From an uncultured Gammaproteobacteria bacterium (GTDB lineage: Bacteria; Patescibacteriota; Patescibacteriia; CAZSQN01), in assembly GCA_964609095.1 (NCBI GenBank), contig CAZSQN010000002.1, positions 88,066 to 152,065 on the forward strand: a stretch of DNA of 64,000 nucleotides, in the 5' to 3' direction. The position numbers and the translations under genes were made by a program. Below the pieces are notes generated by a model that saw only the letters and a list, made by a program, of their open reading frames with translations, was not told the origin of the DNA and made no database searches. Below, in pieces: positions 17,896 through 25,865 of this stretch; position 1 is the stretch's first letter, and each line of letters opens with the position of its first letter.

Positions 17896-18704
17896 TACTT
17901 CTCCTTTACGGATAGCGGATATTTGCGGCTAAGCAGGAGCAGAGCAAGGAGCGCGATTCTTGCCGCGTCCTCGTCGCCAACTGCGGCAAACTCGTTGGTC
18001 TGCCTTTGGGCGTAGATGGCATCCACTGCTCCGGCCCAATATCCGCCATGGGTTGCGCACCAGACAAAAAGTGTGGCCTCTTCCATGGAGTAGAAAAGCA
18101 CTCCGCGAGCAACGAACTCTTCGTGCAGGGCCTGCAGGCGCGGAGGAACATATCCTCTATCGTCCGGCCTGACCTGACCTGGCCTGGCCTGGCCTTCGTT
18201 AAAGCAAGTGGTAGTGGCGCCGATGCCCACATAGTGCGGCAGGTTCAGTTCCTCTGCCGTGGCAACAAGCGCGGCTACCACGCGGTAGTCGGCAACTGCC
18301 GGATATTGAATTGGAGCCCAATTCTCGCTTGCGCCATCAAGCCGCACTGCTCCGGTGCAAATCACCGACTCGCCCAATTTCGGCTCTTTCCAAAGCGTGC
18401 CGCAGCTCCCAACGCGGATAAAACGTCTGGCGCCAGAGCGCACGGCCTCGGGCAAAACAATGGCCGTAGAAGCGCTGCCCATGCCGGTCGTCACCACGGA
18501 AACCGGCATTTCCGCAAAAATTCCGGTAAATGACTTCAGTCCGCGATGGTCGCCGACCTTGCGGGACAGCCGAAACATGGTTCTGGCAATCATCTCGGCC
18601 CGCTCGGGAGAGCCGACCAAAAGGCAATGGGCAGCCAAGTCGCCGGGAGAAGTTTGCAAATGATATTGCCTGCCGTCTTCGTTTACCGGCTTGTCCGCTT
18701 CCAT
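17895..18704 (-). CDS. Nucleoside phosphorylase (PNP/UDP phosphorylase family 1)
   Basis: …LLVGSPERAEMIA…GMGSASTAIVLPEAV…RVGSCGTL…; start probably MEADKP at 18704 (RBS aaggag); the ORF-track N-extension is unlikely to be real. Confidence 0.75.
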   Translation of the reverse strand: MEADKPVNEDGRQYHLQTSPGDLAAHCLLVGSPERAEMIARTMFRLSRKVGDHRGLKSFTGIFAEMPVSVVTTGMGSASTAIVLPEAVRSGARRFIRVGSCGTLWKEPKLGESVICTGAVRLDGASENWAPIQYPAVADYRVVAALVATAEELNLPHYVGIGATTTCFNEGQARPGQVRPDDRGYVPPRLQALHEEFVARGVLFYSMEEATLFVWCATHGGYWAGAVDAIYAQRQTNEFAAVGDEDAARIALLALLLLSRKYPLSVKEK

Positions 18705-18742
18705 TTGTCTTTCTCCTTGTCCCGAGCCCGTCGAGGGGCTTT

Positions 18743-19102
18743 TCACCTTTTTATCCTCGAACATGGATGCTGTATAAAAAACTTCTCCCTGGCCTCGGCC
18801 CAATCCTCCACATTCATTCCTTGCTTCATCTCCAAAATAGCTCCATCGCAGCCGGGAGAATGGCAAACTATCCTTGGCCTATGCGCTTCATCTTCAGTGC
18901 GGACAACATTATGTTCGGACAGTTTCTTGCCGCTAACCTCATCCACCTTGTCGGCAATCTGCCGCAATTCGTCGGGGCTTAAGGCCACAAATCCATTAAT
19001 GCATACGGGGCTGGAGATGAACCCGTCCTTATTGATATAGCCGAACGTCTTATCGCCAACAAACACTATCCAACCATTTACTGAACGCGCAATCCGCAAC
19101 AT
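18743..19102 (-). CDS. Hypothetical protein (119 aa)
   Basis: An ORF with RBS aaaaaggagg and an upstream TTGACG-17-TTTAAT promoter. Confidence 0.5.
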   Translation of the reverse strand: MLRIARSVNGWIVFVGDKTFGYINKDGFISSPVCINGFVALSPDELRQIADKVDEVSGKKLSEHNVVRTEDEAHRPRIVCHSPGCDGAILEMKQGMNVEDWAEAREKFFIQHPCSRIKR

Positions 19103-19137
19103 TTCTTCCTCCTTTTTGGCAAAGAGCAGCTGAACGG

Positions 19138-19166
19138 ATTAAAACACAAAATCAGCGCGGCGTCAA
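19138..19166 (-). promoter_or_regulatory. Sigma70-like promoter (TTGACG-17-TTTAAT) for the 119-aa gene
   Basis: Minus-strand reading: TTGACGccgcgctgattttgtgtTTTAAT; lies immediately downstream of 72-bp repeat copy 1. Confidence 0.5.
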
Positions 19167-19180
19167 CCGTCTTTTCGTAA

Positions 19181-19252
19181 ATTAAAAAACGCCCGCTATC
19201 GCACGCAAAATATTGCTAATAACAATTTTAAGCTATAGCTGATTTTTGTTAT
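19181..19252. repeat. 72-bp perfect direct repeat, copy 1
   Basis: attaaaaaacgcccgctatcgcacgcaaaatattgctaataacaattttaagctatagctgatttttgttat; identical to 19908-19979. Confidence 0.9.
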
Positions 19253-19280
19253 TATATTTTTATAATCTCAAACTTAAATA

Positions 19281-19310
19281 AAAAAATCCCCGCTTTTGCG
19301 GGGATTCATG
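19281..19310 (-). terminator. Intrinsic terminator of the 167-aa gene
   Basis: Minus-strand hairpin atccccgc-aaaa-gcggggat followed by T7; a second small hairpin at 19311-19330. Confidence 0.65.
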
Positions 19311-19330
19311 ACGCTCGAAAGCGTCTTACT

Positions 19331-19834
19331 TTATTGCGGACGAACCAAAAGAAACTGACAAGATTCATGAAACGGATAAAAGAGCGAGCGCAACCACAAA
19401 GTTCGTTTTAAATCCTCGCTTCTCACATCTCCACGCTGCATCTGCAAATACGGCACGGCAAATTCACCGCCGGGTCCAAGCCAAACCGAGCCCACGGCGA
19501 CAACCATTTCTTCGGGCTTAAAATCAGGTCGCGTTAAAGCAAGCTCGAAAAGATGATAATATCTTGCGGCGCTGTAGCCCCGCAAAAAATCGCTCGCAAG
19601 GTAGTAAAAGATGGAGCGCGCGGACAATCCCGCAGTAAAATGAAACAAGTCCAAAGCAAAAGTTTCCGAACCCATGCTTCTTTCCGTATCGCCCCAAGCG
19701 GGGGGATCTTGGCTTAACCAGCCATTACATCTGCAGTTTCCAACTTGCTCCAATTCCCGAAGCGTCTGCTCTCTCTTTTTTGAGAAGTCCACAGTAACGG
19801 AAAAAGAGTTAACAATGTAATCCGCAATGCTCAT
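19331..19834 (-). CDS. Hypothetical protein (167 aa), flanked by the 72-bp direct repeats
   Basis: An ORF with its own promoter, RBS (aaagggga) and terminator; no recognisable domain. Confidence 0.55.
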   Translation of the reverse strand: MSIADYIVNSFSVTVDFSKKREQTLRELEQVGNCRCNGWLSQDPPAWGDTERSMGSETFALDLFHFTAGLSARSIFYYLASDFLRGYSAARYYHLFELALTRPDFKPEEMVVAVGSVWLGPGGEFAVPYLQMQRGDVRSEDLKRTLWLRSLFYPFHESCQFLLVRPQ

Positions 19835-19870
19835 TTTTTATTCCCCTTTCGTTGTGCAAAGAACATTCAA

Positions 19871-19899
19871 ATTAAACAAGAAAATCAGACTATTGTCAA
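19871..19899 (-). promoter_or_regulatory. Sigma70-like promoter (TTGACA-17-TTTAAT) for the 167-aa gene
   Basis: Minus-strand reading: TTGACAatagtctgattttcttgTTTAAT; lies immediately downstream of repeat copy 2. Confidence 0.55.
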
Positions 19900-19907
19900 T
19901 CGTTCAT

Positions 19908-19979
19908 ATTAAAAAACGCCCGCTATCGCACGCAAAATATTGCTAATAACAATTTTAAGCTATAGCTGATTTTTGTTAT
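19908..19979. repeat. 72-bp perfect direct repeat, copy 2
   Basis: Identical to 19181-19252. Confidence 0.9.
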
Positions 19980-19985
19980 CTTAAA

Positions 19986-20010
19986 TAAAAAACCTCCGCG
20001 TTAGCGAAGG
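19986..20010 (-). terminator. Terminator of the lytic-transglycosylase gene (hairpin with a G·U pair, then U6)
   Basis: Minus-strand reading: ccttcgc-taac-gcggagg-tttttt. Confidence 0.45.
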
Positions 20011-21080
20011 TTCCAGACAGCTTCAAACTTTCCAAGGTACGCGCGCTCCGCGCGTTCGGGAGCATAGCGCCGGGCAAAAGCATAGCGGTTAAACATGCGC
20101 TGGGCATTGGAGGTGCCCGCGTTATAAGCGGCCGCGACATAAAGTCCGAGATTTAATTCGTTGCCGGAAGCGAGCAATCCCCGCCTGGCCCACGGCGGCA
20201 GGCGGGCGATGATTGAATCAATCACGCAATACATAGCCGCAACAGAATCCTCATGATCCGCCATGGCCGCGAGAAAACTCATCGGCAGCCGCGCGCGCGG
20301 GTAAGCGCGGCGCGTTGCCAAATAGGTTGCCGGCATCATTTGGCTAATGCCGCGCGCGCCGGCAAAACTCCGGGAATAGCGATAGGCATCGCCTTTGTTG
20401 GCGCCGAAGATAACGAGCGTCCGCTGGAGAAACGGAATTAAGCTTTCGCCCCTCTCCCACCGGCTTCCGTCAATATGTTCAACAAAAATCAGTCCTAAAA
20501 CAATATCTCTGGGCACGACTTCAACAACTGATTTGCCGCGGCTTGCCAGCGACGGAACCGCTCTCGTCCGCGCCTCCGCCATAGTCAAAAGCGACCGCAG
20601 ATAATCAAGTCCTTCCGTTCGTAGGACAAGAGTATCCATACCATGGCTCCATGGAACATAAACAACTCCAGTTCCCCTGACATTCCGCCTCAAGGCCAAA
20701 ACAATTCCATTTTCAGGAAAGAGAACTTCAAAATGGGAATTTACGCCGTTGCCCCGCACTTTCCGAATCGCGACACCGGGCAGGCGACTGGCTCCGGAGG
20801 CGTCAACCGGCACGGCCAATATTTCGTCGCCCGTAAGGAGCGCGAGGACGCATCCGTTTCTTGGCGCGCGCTCCCGCCGTAAAAGTTCGCGGGCGCGGCG
20901 CAGATCTTCTTGCGTCGGCCGATCGCGCGATGGCGCGTAGCCCAAATTAGGCAGATGATCAAAAGAGCTGCCGTGCGCCTCACGAGTCAAAAACAGAATC
21001 ACGGCGGCGCCGATAAAAATCAAAAGAACAATTCTTAAAAAGACCATCCAGAACCAGCTGTTTTTCATCCGTTCCTCCAC
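20001..21080 (-). CDS. Membrane-anchored lytic transglycosylase (SLT-domain) protein
   Basis: N-terminal TM; C-terminal …GARGISQMMPATYLA…AAYNAGTSNAQR… SLT-domain motifs. Confidence 0.7.
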   Translation of the reverse strand: MEERMKNSWFWMVFLRIVLLIFIGAAVILFLTREAHGSSFDHLPNLGYAPSRDRPTQEDLRRARELLRRERAPRNGCVLALLTGDEILAVPVDASGASRLPGVAIRKVRGNGVNSHFEVLFPENGIVLALRRNVRGTGVVYVPWSHGMDTLVLRTEGLDYLRSLLTMAEARTRAVPSLASRGKSVVEVVPRDIVLGLIFVEHIDGSRWERGESLIPFLQRTLVIFGANKGDAYRYSRSFAGARGISQMMPATYLATRRAYPRARLPMSFLAAMADHEDSVAAMYCVIDSIIARLPPWARRGLLASGNELNLGLYVAAAYNAGTSNAQRMFNRYAFARRYAPERAERAYLGKFEAVWNLR

Positions 21081-21107
21081 TTGCTATATACAACTTTTTC
21101 GTATTAT

Positions 21108-21146
21108 TGGCAATAAAATGAAAAACCTCATCCCGAAAGGATGAGG
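21108..21146 (-). terminator. Intrinsic terminator of the HAD hydrolase gene
   Basis: Minus-strand hairpin cctcatcc-tttcg-ggatgagg followed by TTTTTCATTTT; overlaps the last codons. Confidence 0.55.
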
Positions 21147-21868
21147 CGGATTTTCTTATCAATCCAATCTCCAACTTGCGAAAAATCTTCTGTCGTTATT
21201 ACTTCTCCCATGTAAGGAGCGACCGTATTTGCTTCTTCTTTGTCTTTAGCGATTCCCAAGCGCAGCTCTTGGCGCAATCCAAGCATATAGTCGCCAATGG
21301 AATCGCCAACCGCCAAAAGGCGCTCCGGGGCAATGCCGTAATGCTTTGCAAACACCATTGACCAAATGCCTTTATCAAAAGGATGAACAAGAGTTCGGCT
21401 ATTCCAGCCGACGACTGTTTTATTTCTTTTGTCATGGATAAGCCGCGCGGCGTAAACGCGGTGCACAGCTCCTCCAAGGCCGTTTAACTCCAGCACCCTT
21501 TCAATAAAATCAGCCACGCTAAACGAAATAACGCCAACCCGGATTCCTCTGCCGGTCAATTCTCTGATTTTATCCGCAACGCCTTCCCGGAGTTTGACTT
21601 CGTTTAACGACCTCTGCCATTGCTCGCGGCGCAAACCGCATTCGGCATAACTTTGAAGCGCCGTCCGAATCAACCTTCTTTCAATTGAAGGCGCGACCGG
21701 TCCAAGAGCCGCTTTGCGAAAATACAATTTTTTGATTCTTTCCGCCTTTTCCGCTTCGCCCTCCGGCAGGCAACATTTCTCCACGACTGTTATGAGCGAA
21801 CCGTAGTGTTTGGGCGTCAGTGTGCCGTCAAAATCAAAAACAACGCCGATGGGGTCTTTTTGCGCCAC
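21128..21868 (-). CDS. HAD-superfamily hydrolase
   Basis: Motif I VVFDFDGTLT; GTG start with RBS aaaggagcgg. Confidence 0.8.
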   Translation of the reverse strand: MAQKDPIGVVFDFDGTLTPKHYGSLITVVEKCCLPEGEAEKAERIKKLYFRKAALGPVAPSIERRLIRTALQSYAECGLRREQWQRSLNEVKLREGVADKIRELTGRGIRVGVISFSVADFIERVLELNGLGGAVHRVYAARLIHDKRNKTVVGWNSRTLVHPFDKGIWSMVFAKHYGIAPERLLAVGDSIGDYMLGLRQELRLGIAKDKEEANTVAPYMGEVITTEDFSQVGDWIDKKIRLILSG

Positions 21869-21937
21869 TTATCCGCTCCTTTTTATTTCAACGAACTGGC
21901 TAAAGTTTATTGGAAAACAGCCGCAACTGTCAACCGC

Positions 21938-23101
21938 TTATATTGCCAATAAAATTTGTTCCGCGTAATTTTGAGGTTGCGGTGGATTTGGCACAAAAGG
22001 AACCGCGACAAATTTTTCCATGGCCGCGAGAAGTGAATCAATGTTTCCGGGTGCAAAAAGCAATCCTGAAATTCCCTCATCCACCATCTCCGGTATTCCC
22101 CCGATTCTACTGGCCAAAACAGGCACGCCGTAAGAGAGCGATTCGGAAATCACTGCCGGAGCATTTTCGTAAACCAAAGAGGGAACAATCGTCGCGCGGT
22201 GCGCGCCATAAAGGCTTCCTGTTGCCCCATGCGGAACAGCGCCGAGAACTTTAACGCTTGGCATCTCTTTCGCTATTTTTATAACTTCAGGCAGTAACGC
22301 GCCGCCGCCGGCAATTGTGAGGCCGACATCAGGATGCGAGGCGGAAAATCCCTTCCACGCATCAAGCAAAAACAGTATGCCTTTGTGCTCTTCTATCTGG
22401 CCGAGGTAAAGGAAGCTATTTTTGATTGAGCCGGAAACATTTATTAAGGAACCTCTCTTAACGAGGTTTTTCACCACTTTTTTATCTGATTTTGGAAAAA
22501 ATCCGCGTTCCGAATAAAAATCCAAAAGCCATTTTGACGGAGAAACAACAACATCCGGCGAGCAGAACAAGGCGCGGGTTAAAAAAGAAAAAATTTTATT
22601 GTGTAATTTGTTTTCTTCTCCCGGCCGCAAAAGGCCTGAGGGAGAAACAAGCTGGACATCATGCGCCGTATGAATCCACTTGTACGGAATTTCTTTATCT
22701 CTTCTCACGCTATAGAGCGTGGAAGGAACGATAAGGCCAAATCCTTTAAGATTGTGAGTGGCCACGATGTCGGGCCGAACCTTTTCAAGAATATGAGCAA
22801 GACAAAAACTCGCGTGGATATTCCAAATATCAAACAGGTGCCAGAACGCCCGGAGCAAAAAATTATGTTTTCCGATATTTCCGTAAAAAAATATGTTTAA
22901 CGGAAAAAATCTATATATGATTATGCCGTTTTCAACTGTTTTCTTCGGCCACAAGCTCTCCATGCCGCTAAACGGTTTAGCCGTTATCACAATCACCTCA
23001 TGGCCGGCGCGATTGAACTCGGTTGCGGCAGATGCCGCGACCGCTTCCGCTCCGCCCCTGCCGTAAGGAGGATACAAACCGGTGATAATGCAAATTTCCA
23101 T
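21938..23101 (-). CDS. Glycosyltransferase family 4
   Basis: GT4 N-terminus (…GGAEAVAASAATEFNRAGHEV…) and C-terminus (…LASRIGGIPEMVDEGISGLLF…). Confidence 0.85.
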   Translation of the reverse strand: MEICIITGLYPPYGRGGAEAVAASAATEFNRAGHEVIVITAKPFSGMESLWPKKTVENGIIIYRFFPLNIFFYGNIGKHNFLLRAFWHLFDIWNIHASFCLAHILEKVRPDIVATHNLKGFGLIVPSTLYSVRRDKEIPYKWIHTAHDVQLVSPSGLLRPGEENKLHNKIFSFLTRALFCSPDVVVSPSKWLLDFYSERGFFPKSDKKVVKNLVKRGSLINVSGSIKNSFLYLGQIEEHKGILFLLDAWKGFSASHPDVGLTIAGGGALLPEVIKIAKEMPSVKVLGAVPHGATGSLYGAHRATIVPSLVYENAPAVISESLSYGVPVLASRIGGIPEMVDEGISGLLFAPGNIDSLLAAMEKFVAVPFVPNPPQPQNYAEQILLAI

Positions 23102-23105
23102 ACCC

Positions 23106-24239
23106 CTATAAAATAATTTTATTCCATATCTGTGCTATTCGCGGCAGGGCATAATGCTCCCGCGCTCTTTCTAACGCAGCCCTTCCCATTTCCGCGTCCG
23201 CTTCTTTGGAAAAAAATTCTTCAAACTTGCGCGCCAAAGCTGATATGTTTCCGGCGGGAACCAAAAAACCCGTTTCGTTATTTTTTATAACGGTTCTCAC
23301 GCCCGGCAAATCCGTCGCGATCGCCGCCAGCCCCGAAGCGGCCGCTTCCAAAAGTACGATGCCAAAGGCCTCCGAGCTGTCTATTGACGGAAGAACAAAC
23401 AAGTCCGCCAGATTATAGTACTTTGGCAAATCCGCTTCGCTTGCGGAACCGACGAAAATAGTTCTGGAGTCAATACCTAATTCTTTGGCGAGTTTTTCAT
23501 AAAACGGACGCAGATTGCCGTCGCCGACTATTAACAGGGTATAGGGTAGAGGGTGGAGGGTGGAGGAAAATTTTTTAAATGCATCAATCAAAACAGGAAC
23601 ACCTTTAAAATAGTGGGCACTGTCTAAGCCCCCGACAAAAAGAATGACTTTTTCTTCAGATGAGATTTTTAATCTTGCCGCAAACTCCGCATCACGCGGG
23701 CGCGGAGCAAACCTCTCCGTGTCCACACCAAGAGGAATTTCTATAAATTTATCCGATTGCGCCGCAACCAAGCCCCGAAGCGCGCCGGAATAGGCATAAT
23801 CAAGCGAAGTGACAATAACTTTGCCGGCACGGCCGAGGATTAAAGGCATTAGATATTTTTGGTGCCAGCGAAAAATTCTTCCCAGCAGTCCCTTGCCGCG
23901 CACATCCATATGATAAAAAATAATCAGCCTGGCTTTTGGCCTCATGAACAAAAAAAATTCCGCGGCGCCGAAAAAAGGATAATGCAAAATAACGGCGTCA
24001 AAGCCGCGAATTTTCCATAAAATCTGCGGAACTATGGCCGCGTTTCCATATTTTAAGACCGGCCTTAACCGTGTCAGCCGGTATTTTCCGGAACTTAAAC
24101 CATCCGCTCGGCTGTATAACGGCGAAAAGACCTCTACTTCGTGTCCGGCTTTGGCAAATGCTTCTGCCTGCTCTTTTGCCACCATTCCTATTCCTCCCTT
24201 ATACGGCGGAAAAACCGGCGTCACTATGGCAATTTTCAT
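23106..24239 (-). CDS. Glycosyltransferase family 4
   Basis: MKIAIVTPVFPPYKGGIGMV…; C-terminal EAAASGLAAIATDLPGVRTVIKNNETGFLV; ORF-track GTG 24248 ('MRGM') lies in the 12-mer and the real ATG is at 24239; contains a heptamer tract at 23530-23560. Confidence 0.85.
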   Translation of the reverse strand: MKIAIVTPVFPPYKGGIGMVAKEQAEAFAKAGHEVEVFSPLYSRADGLSSGKYRLTRLRPVLKYGNAAIVPQILWKIRGFDAVILHYPFFGAAEFFLFMRPKARLIIFYHMDVRGKGLLGRIFRWHQKYLMPLILGRAGKVIVTSLDYAYSGALRGLVAAQSDKFIEIPLGVDTERFAPRPRDAEFAARLKISSEEKVILFVGGLDSAHYFKGVPVLIDAFKKFSSTLHPLPYTLLIVGDGNLRPFYEKLAKELGIDSRTIFVGSASEADLPKYYNLADLFVLPSIDSSEAFGIVLLEAAASGLAAIATDLPGVRTVIKNNETGFLVPAGNISALARKFEEFFSKEADAEMGRAALERAREHYALPRIAQIWNKIIL

Positions 24240-24240
24240 A

Positions 24241-24376
24241 CCCCGCACATAATTTCGATATTAAAGTAATTTAGAAAATTTTTTGTTTTAATTTTAAACT
24301 CTATTTATCTATTTCACTGGTCTTAACTTGTTTCCCATCCCGTGAACGCGGGATGGAATCGAAGTTATGTGCGGGG
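24241..24376. promoter_or_regulatory. Intergenic segment bracketed by CCCCGCACATAA (24241-24252) and TTATGTGCGGGG (24365-24376); internal hairpin ccatcccg-tgaacg-cgggatgg (24333-24354)
   Basis: Seen in sequence. Confidence 0.55.
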
Positions 24377-24379
24377 CTT

Positions 24380-25480
24380 TTACCAAAAAATAAACGCTCT
24401 CGCTATAACCCAATACAAAATCAAGAGCGGATTCACGAAATAGAGAACGAAAGGATTTTTAAAATCCTGAAAAAGAATGGCGGGAGTAAAAAGGTCAACA
24501 ATTTCGCAATCGCTCTTTTTTCTGGCTTTTTGCGCCATCTGCCGCGCCTTTAGCAGATTTTTCCAGTTATTCAGAGATAAAAAATATTTATATCCTTTTA
24601 TCTTTTCTTCAAACCATCCGGAGCGCAGAGAAAAAAGCAAAAGTCCGGCTTCGGCCGCCAAAAGCGCCGGCGCAAGCAAAAGCAAGGTCGGCAATTTATA
24701 TAATTTAAACATAACCATAAACCGATTCCGCTCCATCCAGTAATACTTCTTGATGCTGCGCGAAAATTCGTATTTATGATAAATCCAGCTCCTTGGCGCG
24801 AGAATATTTTCATATCCGGCCAATCGCAGCCGCCAGCCCAAGTCCAAGTCCTCGTGATATAAAAATAATTCTTTGTCAAAGAGTCCCATTTCGGAGAGAG
24901 CCGACGCCCGATAGAGAACTCCGGCGCCGGAGCCGTAAGCTATTTTAAAATTTTTTTCAAAAGATATTTTTTCGGCTATCAGCTTTTCAACATCAGATAA
25001 ATTCATTCCGTATCCGCGCGCGTAACCAAATCCCAAAAAATGAATGGCGTTGCCAAAAGAGTTCACGGTGGTTTTGTTATCGTGTAGAAGTATAAGGGAT
25101 TGAATTGACCCTGCTGATTTTGCCTCTTCGGCTAATTTTACGGTTTCGAAAATAAAATTAGGGTCAACTTCCGTATCCTGATTAAGCAGATAAATATAAT
25201 CAAACCCAGCCTCCAGCGCGAGCCGCATGCCGATATTATTGCCTTCGGCAAAGCCCAGATTTTCCTTGTTTTCTATCAAGTTAATTTTAGAAAGCTTTGT
25301 TCCCGACTTCGGCAAAATTTCATTTTTAAAAAAAATTAAACCGTCATCGCTTGAACCGTTATCAATAACAAAAATCTCCGCGTCCTTAGCCGGATAATTC
25401 ATTGCTTCAAGCGAAGCAAAACAGTCGGCTAAATATTGCCGACCGTTATAAAGAAGATAAATGACGGCAACCCGAGGCAT
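24380..25480 (-). CDS. Glycosyltransferase family 2 (rhamnosyltransferase-like) with a C-terminal membrane segment
   Basis: …IFVIDNGSSDDG… and …LLNQDTEVD… (DXD) motifs. Confidence 0.8.
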   Translation of the reverse strand: MPRVAVIYLLYNGRQYLADCFASLEAMNYPAKDAEIFVIDNGSSDDGLIFFKNEILPKSGTKLSKINLIENKENLGFAEGNNIGMRLALEAGFDYIYLLNQDTEVDPNFIFETVKLAEEAKSAGSIQSLILLHDNKTTVNSFGNAIHFLGFGYARGYGMNLSDVEKLIAEKISFEKNFKIAYGSGAGVLYRASALSEMGLFDKELFLYHEDLDLGWRLRLAGYENILAPRSWIYHKYEFSRSIKKYYWMERNRFMVMFKLYKLPTLLLLAPALLAAEAGLLLFSLRSGWFEEKIKGYKYFLSLNNWKNLLKARQMAQKARKKSDCEIVDLFTPAILFQDFKNPFVLYFVNPLLILYWVIARAFIFW

Positions 25481-25492
25481 GTTTTAGAAGCA

Positions 25493-25554
25493 AAAATTAA
25501 GAATCAAGAATTAAGAAAAAAGTTTACTTCTTAATTCCCACTTCTTGATTCTCG
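25493..25554. repeat. Paired heptamer blocks: ttaagaa tcaagaa ttaagaa … ttcttaa…ttcttga (exact reverse complements)
   Basis: Two alternative 10-bp stems, gaattaagaa/ttcttaattc and gaatcaagaa/ttcttgattc. Confidence 0.7.
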
Positions 25555-25865
25555 CGTATTGCCAGTTCTTCCGTTATTTTGGATATGTCCCGTTCCATTT
25601 TTTCTACTCTTACCATTAATCTGAACGCCAAATAATAAATTCCCAAAACCGCCAGATACACGGCTAGGTCAGAGCCGCGCCCAATACCCACCAAATTTGC
25701 CAATCGCGTTGTCGTTTCGGGGATAGCCACAACTATCCCGGCCGCAAGCCAAAAAATCAGCCAAAGAATAAGCCATCTTACGCTAATGGCATTCCCCCGC
25801 CGCCGCAGCAACAATCTGAAAACGGCGAAAACTATAAACGACAATAAAATTATTTTAATAATCAT
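25524..25865 (-). CDS. Small membrane protein, DUF2304-like partner of the DPM1-like GT2
   Basis: Three TM segments; …VGIGRGSDLAVYLAVLGIYYLAFRL…; gene order (GT2 then small membrane protein) is typical. Confidence 0.6.
   Translation of the reverse strand: MIIKIILLSFIVFAVFRLLLRRRGNAISVRWLILWLIFWLAAGIVVAIPETTTRLANLVGIGRGSDLAVYLAVLGIYYLAFRLMVRVEKMERDISKITEELAIRENQEVGIKK

Noticed and set aside
18743-19102. Overlap of the 119-aa ORF with the N-terminal extension of the nucleoside phosphorylase ORF (17895-18866)
   Set aside because: The overlap disappears if the phosphorylase starts at MEADKP (18704), which has a good RBS. The extension (…GGLGRGQGEVFYTAS…) has no counterpart in the PNP/UDP family.
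19181-19979. Transposon or IS element delimited by the 72-bp direct repeats
   Set aside because: The repeats are direct and not inverted, no transposase is encoded, and the enclosed gene has an ordinary promoter and terminator. The segment was kept as a finding (a duplicated promoter-upstream element or possible insertion), but it is not called a mobile element.
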